Shown here: one piece after another, positions 37,264-45,686 of the stretch | Numbering within the stretch: the first letter of the stretch is position 1 | How the letters are laid out: each line of letters opens with the position of its first letter | Assembly (NCBI GenBank): GCA_014859305.1 | Contig: JACUUM010000002.1 | Span: 9,077-73,076, forward strand | Length of the DNA stretch: 64,000 bases | From: Coriobacteriia bacterium | Lineage (GTDB): Bacteria; Actinomycetota; Coriobacteriia; Anaerosomatales; Kmv31 | Reading direction: 5' to 3' | Translations under genes and position numbers: made by a program | The notes under the pieces: generated by a model | Told to the model about the DNA's origin: nothing | Database searches by the model: none | Seen by the model: the letters and a program-made list of their open reading frames with translations, nothing else

Positions 37264-38094
37264 TCACGGGCTCCCGTGGACCGCCTCGTAGACGGCGTTG
37301 CGCGGGAGCCCGTGCGTGCGCGCATAGCGCCTCACCGCCTCGCTTCGCGTCAGGCCGGACGCCACGAGCGCATCCACCCCCTCACGGATGGCCTCGTCCG
37401 CGGGGAGTTCGGCGGGAGCGGGGAGCGGCGGGCCGATGAGCAGCACCACCTCGCCTCTCAGCTCGCGCCCCTCCAGCGCCTCGGCGAGCTCGCCCACTTC
37501 CCCGCGCACCACCTCCTCGTGCACCTTCGTGAGCTCGCGCGTCATGGCCGCACGGCGGGCCGGCAGCACCTCGGCCAGCGACGCGAGCGTCGCTGCGGCA
37601 CGGCGCGGGGACTCGTAGAAGACCAGCGTGGCGTCGAGCCCGGCGAGACGCTCCAGGGCGCGGCGGCGCGCTCCGGGCTTGCGCGGCAGGAAGCCGCCGA
37701 AGTAGAAGGCGTGGGTGGGGAGCCCCGACGCGACGAGTGCGGTGACGATCGCCGAGGGGCCCGGGAGCACCTCGACCGGCAGCCCCGCCTCGATGCACGC
37801 GTCCACCAGGCGCGCGCCCGGATCCGAGACGCCCGGAGTGCCGGCGTCGGAGACCAGCGCGACGACGGCGCCGTCACGGACGCGGCGCACCAGCACCGGC
37901 GTGCGCGCGCCCAGGTTGTGCGCGTGGTACGGCTCCATCGGCGTCGATACGCCGTAGCGCGCCAGCAGCTTGGCTGTCACCCGCGTGTCCTCGGCCGCGA
38001 TGAGGTCGGCCTCGTGCAGCGCGTCGAGCACGCGCAACGTGACGTCGCCGAGATTGCCGATCGGCGTCGCGCAGACGAGCAGCCTGCCGGCCAT
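37264..38094 (-). CDS. rsmI: 16S rRNA (cytidine1402-2'-O)-methyltransferase
   Basis: Start ATG 38094 (MAGRLLVCATPIGNLGDVTLRVLDAL...AEDTRVT). 276 aa. The track ORF is fused to the upstream frame. Confidence 0.92.
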   Translation of the reverse strand: MAGRLLVCATPIGNLGDVTLRVLDALHEADLIAAEDTRVTAKLLARYGVSTPMEPYHAHNLGARTPVLVRRVRDGAVVALVSDAGTPGVSDPGARLVDACIEAGLPVEVLPGPSAIVTALVASGLPTHAFYFGGFLPRKPGARRRALERLAGLDATLVFYESPRRAAATLASLAEVLPARRAAMTRELTKVHEEVVRGEVGELAEALEGRELRGEVVLLIGPPLPAPAELPADEAIREGVDALVASGLTRSEAVRRYARTHGLPRNAVYEAVHGSP

Positions 38095-38096
38095 GG

Positions 38097-39269
38097 CTAC
38101 GCCTCCCGGGGTGGCTCCTCGGGCGCCCGTGGCGGGGGCTGCGGCGGCTCCTCGGGCGGCCGTGGCGGCGCCGCCGGGGGGGCGGCCGGCGGGGGCTCCC
38201 GCGGGCGCTCCGGGGCCGCCTGCGGCGGCGGGGGCGGCAGGAACGTCTCCTCGGGATGCGGCGCCGCCGGCGGCCGCGCCGGCGGGGGAGCCGCCGGCGA
38301 GGGCCACGGCGACCCCGGGGCGCCGGGCGCCGCCTCGGCGGCCGCCACCGGTCCTCGGCCTGTGAGGTCGCGGAAGAACACGGTCCAGATCGCCGACTGG
38401 AAGGCGCCGAAGATCGCGCTCAGCGGCAGGAGGACGAAGAACAGCGCGACGAAGATGAGCGCCGCGCCGAACAGGTTGCCCGCGAACAGCATGAAGATCG
38501 CCGGCAGCGCGAGCAGGCCGGCGATCAGTCCCGCCACGATCGCGTAACCGATGCTCACGGCCAGGACGAGCAGCCACATGAGCGCGACGTCCTTGAAGCG
38601 CCTGCGCACGGCGCTCCACGCCTTGCCGATGGCGCCGAACACCGTTTCGCCGCCGAGCACGAGGAAGCGCAGCCCCAGCGTGTAGATCAACCCGACCAGT
38701 ATGCTCGCGACGATCAGGACGAGCACGAACAGGCCGCCGAAGCAGCACACGCCGAAGAGCGCCCCCGCGGCGGCCCCGCCGCCCATGTCGCCCTGGAAGA
38801 GCGGTGCCAGAGCGATGACGCCCGATCCGATGAGCACCAGGAACCCGGCGATGAGCGGCAGGTACAGCACCAGCGCGAGACCGAGGTGCCGCCACCAGAA
38901 GCGGAAGCCGACTCGCCAGCCCTCCCCGCCGCGGACGGGCCGTCCCTCTTCGGCCTCGTCCACCAGGCGCACGAGGGCGGGCGCCGCCGCGATGCTCAGG
39001 ATCAGCCAGATCAGCCCGATCAGCAGGAACAGGCCCCCCGCCGCCAGGAGCAGCGCGACGTTCTGCTCCGCCCACCGGACCAGCCGCTCCAGCTCGCGGT
39101 CGAGGCGCTCCAGGCCAGGCGGCAGCGCCTCGCCCCCGCCGAACCGGTAGTTGACCTGGCCTCCTCCCCCGCCGCCTCCGCCGCCGCCGACGAACAGGCC
39201 GAACAGCCACAGGATCCTGTAGCGCCAGGTGATGCGCCACGCGCGCTTTATGACTCCCGTGTAGTCCAC
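38097..39269 (-). CDS. Polytopic membrane protein with a poly-Gly tract and a Pro-rich C-terminal tail, unknown function
   Basis: 390 aa. The GTG start follows GGGGAGGAG. It has several hydrophobic helices, a run of 10 consecutive Gly, and a C-terminal 90 aa rich in P/A/E. Confidence 0.7.
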   Translation of the reverse strand: MDYTGVIKRAWRITWRYRILWLFGLFVGGGGGGGGGGQVNYRFGGGEALPPGLERLDRELERLVRWAEQNVALLLAAGGLFLLIGLIWLILSIAAAPALVRLVDEAEEGRPVRGGEGWRVGFRFWWRHLGLALVLYLPLIAGFLVLIGSGVIALAPLFQGDMGGGAAAGALFGVCCFGGLFVLVLIVASILVGLIYTLGLRFLVLGGETVFGAIGKAWSAVRRRFKDVALMWLLVLAVSIGYAIVAGLIAGLLALPAIFMLFAGNLFGAALIFVALFFVLLPLSAIFGAFQSAIWTVFFRDLTGRGPVAAAEAAPGAPGSPWPSPAAPPPARPPAAPHPEETFLPPPPPQAAPERPREPPPAAPPAAPPRPPEEPPQPPPRAPEEPPREA

Positions 39270-39305
39270 GAGCCGCTCCTCCCCGTTCGGCGGCGCGACC
39301 GCTGC

Positions 39306-40430
39306 TCAGCCGGCCGTCACCAGCCGGTAGGCGCGAGTCCCCAACCCCAACTCCTCAGCGTACGCGAGCGCCCGGGTGCCGTCGATGCCGGTGAGGCGGT
39401 GGAACTTATCCTCGCCTGCGGCGAGGCCCTCTCCGCGCGAGCCCGGGAGGCCCGCGGCGCCGTTGACGAGGTCGAGGGCCGCCTGGTCGACGGCGACGGG
39501 GTCGACCGAGGCGAGCACGCCGAGGTCGGCGACGACCGGGGCGTCGGAGAAGTGCCAGCAGTCGCAGTCGGGCGAGACGTTGGTCACGAAGGACAGGTGG
39601 ACCGTCTTGCCCTCCTTGCCGGCCAGCGCGCCCGCCGCGTGCTCGACGATCTTCTCCTGTATCGAGGCCGGCTCCGTCTTCCACTCGATCGCGATCGCCC
39701 CCTCCGGGCATGCGGCCACGCACTCGCCGCAGCCGTAGCACAGCGCGCGGTCCACCGTCGCCACCCTGTCCGGTCCGATGGCCACGGCGTCGACGGGGCA
39801 CCAGCGCACGCAGCGCGAGCAGGCCGTGCACTTCTCCGGGTCGGGCTCGGGGCTGAAGTCGGCGTGCATCCGCTGCTTCGCCGAGCGGGACCCCAGACCC
39901 ATGCCCACGTTCTTGAGCGCGCCGCCGAACCCGGTGGCCTCGTGCCCCTTGAAGTGCGTGACCGCGACCATCGCGTCGGCGTGAGCCGCCGCGGCGCCGA
40001 TCCGCACGCTGTCGAAGTGCTTGGAGCCCGCCAGCGGCACGTCCACGGCGTCGCGGCCGTCCAGACCGTCGGCGATGACGACAGGGGCGCCGACAGTGGC
40101 GTAGGAGAAGCCGTTGCGCACGGCGCAGCCGATGTGGTCGACGGCGTTGAACCGCTGACCGCGGTAGAGGGTGTTCGAGTCGGTGAGGAACGGCCTGCCT
40201 CCGGCGGCCTTCACCCGCTCGACGACCTCTCTCAGGTACATGGGCTGGACGAAGCCGGTGTTGCCGAGCTCGCCGAAGTGCGTCTTGACCGCCACCAGAT
40301 CGCCCTCGGCCACGGCGTCGGGCAGCCCCGCGCGGACCAGCAGCTCGCCCGAGCGGGTGATCAGGCTGCGCTTGCCGGTCGTGCGCACCGGAGCGAAGTA
40401 GACCACGCTCGCCCGGTCCTCGGCGCTCAC
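39306..40430 (-). CDS. DUF362 domain protein with a 2x[4Fe-4S] ferredoxin insert
   Basis: GTG 40430 overlaps the ROK stop (GTGA). VAVKTHFGELGN...THFKGHEATGFGGALKN. CTACSRCVRWCP and CYGCGECVAACP are the cluster motifs. Confidence 0.8.
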   Translation of the reverse strand: MSAEDRASVVYFAPVRTTGKRSLITRSGELLVRAGLPDAVAEGDLVAVKTHFGELGNTGFVQPMYLREVVERVKAAGGRPFLTDSNTLYRGQRFNAVDHIGCAVRNGFSYATVGAPVVIADGLDGRDAVDVPLAGSKHFDSVRIGAAAAHADAMVAVTHFKGHEATGFGGALKNVGMGLGSRSAKQRMHADFSPEPDPEKCTACSRCVRWCPVDAVAIGPDRVATVDRALCYGCGECVAACPEGAIAIEWKTEPASIQEKIVEHAAGALAGKEGKTVHLSFVTNVSPDCDCWHFSDAPVVADLGVLASVDPVAVDQAALDLVNGAAGLPGSRGEGLAAGEDKFHRLTGIDGTRALAYAEELGLGTRAYRLVTAG

Positions 40431-41401
40431 CGGTGCAGCCCCTCCCTGGAGTCGTACTCGTCCAGCGCCAGCGCCGCCGCCCCCAGCACGCCCGCGTCGT
40501 TGCCCAGCTCGGCCTGGACGACGCGCGCGTCCCTCCTGCCCGCCAGGGCCCTCTCCGCCATCACCGACGCGGCGCGCTCGACGAGGAAGCCCGCCGACTC
40601 GCCGGTGCCGCCGCCCACGACCACGAGCTGCGGGTTGAGCAGGTTGACGAGCCCGATCAGCGCCTCGCCGAGGACGTCGCCCGCCTCCAGGAGGATGCCC
40701 CGCGCGACCTCGTCGCCCTCGACCGCGGCCTCGACCACGTGCAGCCCTGTCACCGCCTCGGGGTCTCCTCCCGCGAGCTCGCGCAGGCGCGACCCCGCGA
40801 AGGAGCGCGCCTCCTCGCGACCGCGCCGGCCCAGGGCGATGCGCCCCACGTACGCCTCCAGGTGCCCCTTGTCGCCGCAGGGGCACGGGGCGCCGTCCGA
40901 CCGGACCGGCATGTGACCCACCTCGCCGCCGAGCCCTCTCGCCCCCCTGTACGGCTGCCCGTCGACGAACATCCCGCCGCCGACACCGGTCCCCAGCGTG
41001 ACCATCAGGAAGTCGCGAACGCCCTTGGCGGCACCGAAACGGTGCTCGCCCAGCGCGGCGCAGTGGCCGTCGTTATCCAGCGTCACCTCGTGCTTGAGCC
41101 GGGACATTATGAGCGAGCGCATGTCCACGCCCGCCAGCGGGAGGTTCGTGCAGAACTCCACGGACTGCCGGAGGAAATCTATCTGCGCGGGCAGGCCGAC
41201 TCCGACGCCGCTCACCTCCGAGGGATGGGCGCCGGACCACGCTTCCTGCACGGCGTCGATCACCTCGTCGACGACACCGAACGGGCCGTTTCCGGGAGTG
41301 AGGCGCTTGGCCTCCTTGACGATGCGGCCCTTCCGGTCCACCAGGCCGGCGGCGATGCGCGTCGCCCCGACGTCGACACCCAGGGCGTAGGCGGCTCTCA
41401 T
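40427..41401 (-). CDS. ROK family sugar kinase (glucokinase-like)
   Basis: 324 aa. ALGVDVGATRIAAGLV...GEVGHMPV...PCPCGDKGHLEAY is the ROK Zn motif. Confidence 0.88.
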   Translation of the reverse strand: MRAAYALGVDVGATRIAAGLVDRKGRIVKEAKRLTPGNGPFGVVDEVIDAVQEAWSGAHPSEVSGVGVGLPAQIDFLRQSVEFCTNLPLAGVDMRSLIMSRLKHEVTLDNDGHCAALGEHRFGAAKGVRDFLMVTLGTGVGGGMFVDGQPYRGARGLGGEVGHMPVRSDGAPCPCGDKGHLEAYVGRIALGRRGREEARSFAGSRLRELAGGDPEAVTGLHVVEAAVEGDEVARGILLEAGDVLGEALIGLVNLLNPQLVVVGGGTGESAGFLVERAASVMAERALAGRRDARVVQAELGNDAGVLGAAALALDEYDSREGLHR

Positions 41402-41522
41402 CGCGCTCCTTCCCTCCGGCGAGCGGGAGACCCCCCGGCCGACCGGGAGGCGGCGTCCATGATAGCAGCCGTACGGGACACGCCCGCTGTGCGGGGAGGC
41501 GAGCCTCGCAAGGGACGGAGAG

Positions 41523-42017
41523 TCAGTAGTCCCAGTAGATGCCGTGGTCCTGGACGAGGCCCAGGTCCCGCATCTTCTCCAGCATGTCCCCCTCGCTCAC
41601 AGCGAAGAGCCGCGCCAGATAGCGGTAGTCGTTGAACCACTTGCGCGCCTGCTCGGAGATCATGAACGTCGGCAGCACGAGCTCCTCGGCGACCACCTCC
41701 GCGTCGTGGTGCTCGATCACGCCGTCGCGCGGGAAGCGGGCCTCGGGGTCGTCCAGGATGACGAGCAGATGCCCCAGGAGGTGCGCGAGCGTCTCCCGGG
41801 CGGCACGCTCTTCCCGCGAGCCGTTGAGGAGCGCCATCGGCATGCCGTCGACCGAGACGATGGCGCCCGAGAAGAACGGCGGGAACGGGTACCGCCGCAC
41901 GGGGAGCGCGTAGACGGCGGCCAGCGCGTCAAGCGACACGGGCGGCTCGGACATGCCGGCGTTCCGTAGGGCGTCCTCGGCTAGCTTCCTGTAGTACGCG
42001 TCGGTCCTCAGAGGCAC
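41523..42017 (-). CDS. ImmA/IrrE (M78)-like protein with a degenerate HExxH (HLLGH)
   Basis: ETLAHLLGHLLV...HDAEVVAEELVLPTFMI follows the ImmA/IrrE pattern, but the catalytic Glu is Leu. The start is uncertain (GTG 42017, 8 nt after GGAG; the track ORF extends to 42203). Confidence 0.55.
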   Translation of the reverse strand: MPLRTDAYYRKLAEDALRNAGMSEPPVSLDALAAVYALPVRRYPFPPFFSGAIVSVDGMPMALLNGSREERAARETLAHLLGHLLVILDDPEARFPRDGVIEHHDAEVVAEELVLPTFMISEQARKWFNDYRYLARLFAVSEGDMLEKMRDLGLVQDHGIYWDY

Positions 42018-42133
42018 CGGGGCTGCTCCGTTCGTGCGATGAGGGCGAACAGCGGCCGATAACGCCCTAGCACAGTATCGGCACAACTCCGCCCAGGAAT
42101 GAAGCGACAATCCCGCCTTGCCGATATACGCTG

Positions 42134-44080
42134 GTGACGAACGGCCCCTTCCGGCGCCGGGGACGAGAGGAGGACCTGGGCTTGAGCGGAGAGGCACACA
42201 CACGCGCCGAGGAGGTCCTCCGCGCTCTCGCCGGGGCGGTGAACGTCGCGCGCCTCTACCCGCCCTCCAGCGAGCTCCCGCGCCAGGCCGTCACCCGCTT
42301 CCTCGCGGCCTGCCCGGACGCCGCCGACGGGCCGGTGCGGTTCGCCGTGGACCGCAAGGGGTTCCGCAGCGGCGAGGGGGACGCCTGCGCGAGCATCCCC
42401 CAGGTGCTCAGCCTGGCCGAGACCCTGCACGCACTGCAGATCGCGCAGCTCATCGTGGCCCCCGGCGTCACCGAGGCCGAGGCGGTCGCCTTCGTCGGCC
42501 TCGTGAACTCGGACACCCGGGCTCTCCGCGAGGGCGGCGGGCTGCGTCGAGGGCTGGGCGCGGCCGGCGTGGAGCGCATAGCGGTGATCGAGGTGACGCT
42601 GCGCGCCTCGGAGGAGGAGGGTATCGCCGGGCTGGACCTCACCGCCGCGCCGCTCGAGGAGATCGGACGCGCGACCGCGGTGGCGGCCGAGGAGTGGGCC
42701 CGCAGCGCATCGCAGGGCGACGGCGCGGACAGGCTCTCCGAAGCGCTCGACGGGCTCGAGGAGGCCGCCTGCGAGCTCGCCGAGCAGCGGGTGGCCGAGG
42801 CCATGATGATCCTGGACGAGCCGACCCGCGTGAAGCTGCTGGGGCAGGCCCTCGCGCCGGACCTCTGCGGGCAGCGCATGGGGGGCATGATGCGCGTGAT
42901 ATCGCGGATGCAGCCGGCCGCGCTCGCGCGGCTGCTGCGGCTCGTGGCGGAGCGCGCCGGGACTCGGCCCGACAAGCTGCTCGCCTCGCTGGAGCTGCCC
43001 GAGGAGCTCATGCGCGAGCTCGGCGTCCTGCTCTCCCCGCCGCCCGAGGCCGGGCCGGAGCGCGGCGTGCCCGCCGAGGCCGACGCCACCGCCATGGCGG
43101 CCGACGTCGCGGAGGAGGACGAGAGCTGCGAGATCGAGCGCCAGATCGCGCTCTCCGCGCCGCAGCTCGCGGCCGGCAAGGCGTTGCTGACGACGGTGGC
43201 GGTGGCGAGCGAGCATCCCTCGCTCGAGGCGATCGAGGCTATCCGCGCAGCGCTGGCGCCTGCCGCCCGCGACGGAGCGCTGCGCGAGGTGCGCGAGGCC
43301 CTGGCGCAGCTGAGCGAGATGGAGTCAGACCCGGCGCTGGCGCTCGCCGCGGAGGACGCGCTCACCTCGCTGGCCGACATCGACGTGCTGACGGCCGTGT
43401 GCCGGGCGCCGATGTCGCACGCCGACGCCGTGGTCGCGGGCGAGATACTGAGGGCCGCCGGACCGCTGGGCGCCGAAGCCCTGCTCTCCTGCTACGTGGA
43501 GGCCAACGGCTCGGCGCGGTCGCTGCTGCGGCCGGTACTGCGCAGCATGGCCGAGGGGGCGCTGGCCGCCGCGAGCCGCCACATGCGCACGGCGGACAGC
43601 GCGGTGGCCGAGGCGGTCGTGCGGATACTCCCCGACTTCGGCGACCGGCGGGCCGTGTCCGGCGCCAACCACGCCCTCGAGCACCTGGACGCGCGGGTGC
43701 GCAAAGCCGCGGTGACCGCCTTGGGCGAGATGCGCTCCGAGGAGGCCACCGCCGGCCTCGCCAAGGCGCTGGCGCATTGGGACCCCGAGACCCGACGGTT
43801 CGCGGCCCGCGAGATCGGGCGGGCCGGCGCGGCCGGGGCGCTGCCGGCGCTGCTGCGCATCCTCGAGGAGATCACGATGTTCGAGCGCAACTACGAGCTC
43901 AAGAAGGAAGTGATAAAGAGCCTGGAGATCCTCGGGAGCCGCGACGCGATCCCGATGCTGCGCCGCATCGCTCAACGTCCGTTCGTCTTAGGCCGAAAGA
44001 ACAAGGAGCTACGGTTCCTCGCCCGAAACGCCCTTGCGAGCCTCGAGAGGATCCGGGACGAGAAGGAGGTTGCGACGTGA
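42134..44080 (+). CDS. HEAT/armadillo-repeat protein with an N-terminal domain paralogous to that of the downstream HD-GYP protein
   Basis: 648 aa. C-terminal HEAT-like repeats are DARVRKAAVTALGEM, DPETRRFAAREIGRAG and AIPMLRRIA. An alternative TTG start at 42182 lies 7 nt after GAGAGGAGGA. Confidence 0.7.
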   Translation: MTNGPFRRRGREEDLGLSGEAHTRAEEVLRALAGAVNVARLYPPSSELPRQAVTRFLAACPDAADGPVRFAVDRKGFRSGEGDACASIPQVLSLAETLHALQIAQLIVAPGVTEAEAVAFVGLVNSDTRALREGGGLRRGLGAAGVERIAVIEVTLRASEEEGIAGLDLTAAPLEEIGRATAVAAEEWARSASQGDGADRLSEALDGLEEAACELAEQRVAEAMMILDEPTRVKLLGQALAPDLCGQRMGGMMRVISRMQPAALARLLRLVAERAGTRPDKLLASLELPEELMRELGVLLSPPPEAGPERGVPAEADATAMAADVAEEDESCEIERQIALSAPQLAAGKALLTTVAVASEHPSLEAIEAIRAALAPAARDGALREVREALAQLSEMESDPALALAAEDALTSLADIDVLTAVCRAPMSHADAVVAGEILRAAGPLGAEALLSCYVEANGSARSLLRPVLRSMAEGALAAASRHMRTADSAVAEAVVRILPDFGDRRAVSGANHALEHLDARVRKAAVTALGEMRSEEATAGLAKALAHWDPETRRFAAREIGRAGAAGALPALLRILEEITMFERNYELKKEVIKSLEILGSRDAIPMLRRIAQRPFVLGRKNKELRFLARNALASLERIRDEKEVAT

Positions 44081-45558
44081 TCGACCCGAAACGCGACGAG
44101 GACGAGCGGCTCGAGAGCCCCGAGGAGCTTGCCGCGGAGACGCGCGCCGCCTCCGGGGCCCCGTTCGCCAAGGCGCAACAGCTCCAGTGCGCCAAGGAGC
44201 TGCTCCGCTCCCTCGCCGTCATGCAGAACAACGCCTCCCTCTACCCGAAGAGCCACCCGCTGGTCAAGCAGTCGGTCGGAGAGCTGATCGCCGCCGTCGC
44301 CGGCCTGGGCGAGATGGACTTCGACGAGGTGTCGGTCAACGTCTACAAGGGCACTCTGTTCGTGGAGAACCAGGTGTTCCCCGAGGAGAGCGTGACCTAC
44401 CGGAAGCTCGTCGAGGAGCTGCTCCGCCGAGGCGTCTCCGCCGTCACTGCCTCCACGGCCTTCTCCGAGGCCGATGCCACCGCGCTCGCCGAGCTGCTGG
44501 TCGACGACGGCGTGCACGACATCGACGCGGCGCGGGCGTTCCTGGCCGCGCGCGGGGCGACCGGCGTGACCGTCGCCGAGACGACGGTCCTCGACGAGCA
44601 GGCGGCCGAGGGCGAGGGCCGCGAGAACAAGCTGCGCGCCCGCGAGACCTACGACAGCGGCGTGGCGGCGATGCGCGACGTCGAGACCCAGGTCAAGCTG
44701 GGGAAGGTCTTCGAGGTCGAGCCACTGCAGCGGGTAGTCAACACGATGCTGGACAACCTCTTCCGCGACCCCGCGGCGGTCCTCGGCCTGACCGCTATCA
44801 AGAGCCACGACGACTACACGCTCAACCACGCGATCAACGTCTGCATCCTCTCGCTGGCGCTGGGCAGCTCGCTCGGGCTGGACGCCGACTCGCTCCGCAG
44901 CCTGGGCCTGTCCGCGCTCCTGTACGACCTCGGCAAGGTCCGCATCCCCGAGGACATCCTCAACAAGGAGGGCCCGCTGACGGCCGACGAGTGGGCGATC
45001 GTCAAGTCGCACGCCACCGAAGGGGCCGATCTGCTGAAGCGCATACAGCTGACCGACCAGATGCCCATGATCGTGGCCTACGAGCACCACCTGCGCCACG
45101 ACATGCAGGGCTACCCCGAGCCCAAGACCGGCCAGGAGCAGCACCTGTACAGCAAGGTCGTGGCGCTGTGCGACGCCTACGACGCGATGACGACCCGGCG
45201 CCCGTTCCGCCGCGAGATCCGCCCCGACAAGGCGCTGGCGGTGCTGATGCAGGGCCGCGGCAAGGCGTACGACCCCTCGCTCACCAAGGCACTGGTGGCG
45301 ATGCTGGGCATCTACCCGATGGGCGCCGTCGTCCGCCTCGACGACGGAAGCACCGCCGTCGTCTTCCGCGTGAACCGCGACGACCTGCTCCACCCGCGCG
45401 TGAAGGTGCTCATAGACCCGGCGGGCCGGTGGCTGGAGGCGCCTGAGATCGTCGACCTGCGCGTGGTGGACGCGGACAGCGGCAGCTTCGCGCACTCCAT
45501 CGAGGAGTGCGTCCCGGCTTCCGACGCCGGCATCGACGACGTGTGGCAGTACCTCTGA
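44077..45558 (+). CDS. HD-GYP domain protein (HD dyad reads YD)
   Basis: GTG 44077 lies 7 nt after AGAAGGAGG and overlaps the upstream stop (GTGA). Motifs are DYTLNHAINV, LLYDLGKVRIP, HHLRHDMQGYP and CDAYDAMTTRRPF. 493 aa. Confidence 0.85.
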   Translation: MIDPKRDEDERLESPEELAAETRAASGAPFAKAQQLQCAKELLRSLAVMQNNASLYPKSHPLVKQSVGELIAAVAGLGEMDFDEVSVNVYKGTLFVENQVFPEESVTYRKLVEELLRRGVSAVTASTAFSEADATALAELLVDDGVHDIDAARAFLAARGATGVTVAETTVLDEQAAEGEGRENKLRARETYDSGVAAMRDVETQVKLGKVFEVEPLQRVVNTMLDNLFRDPAAVLGLTAIKSHDDYTLNHAINVCILSLALGSSLGLDADSLRSLGLSALLYDLGKVRIPEDILNKEGPLTADEWAIVKSHATEGADLLKRIQLTDQMPMIVAYEHHLRHDMQGYPEPKTGQEQHLYSKVVALCDAYDAMTTRRPFRREIRPDKALAVLMQGRGKAYDPSLTKALVAMLGIYPMGAVVRLDDGSTAVVFRVNRDDLLHPRVKVLIDPAGRWLEAPEIVDLRVVDADSGSFAHSIEECVPASDAGIDDVWQYL

Positions 45559-45632
45559 CCTACGTGTAACCTGTGCTCCCAGCGGAGGCGCCTGCGCGCC
45601 CCACGGAGGGGGGCACTCCGAAGCGGAGAGGG

Positions 45633-45662
45633 GGGAGGCCCGCCCCGGAGGACGGGCCTCCC
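45633..45662 (+). terminator. Hairpin GGGAGGCCCG-10 nt-CGGGCCTCCC downstream of the HD-GYP gene
   Basis: Perfect 10-bp stem followed by TTCACTT (a weak U-tract), 75 nt after the stop at 45558. Confidence 0.45.
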
Positions 45663-45686
45663 TTCACTTGCTCGTAAGGGGTCGAC

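Noticed and set aside
41523-45558. A prophage or defence island, suggested by the ImmA/IrrE-like gene.
   Set aside because: No integrase, XRE repressor, phage structural genes, att-like repeats or tRNA-adjacent junction are present. The flanking genes are chromosomal metabolism and signalling genes.
45559-45686. A yybP-ykoY (Mn) riboswitch upstream of the GDT1-family transporter.
   Set aside because: I read the leader for the conserved GGGGAGUAG and GAGACC-type elements and found none. The only strong structure is a simple 10-bp hairpin that fits a terminator for the upstream gene.
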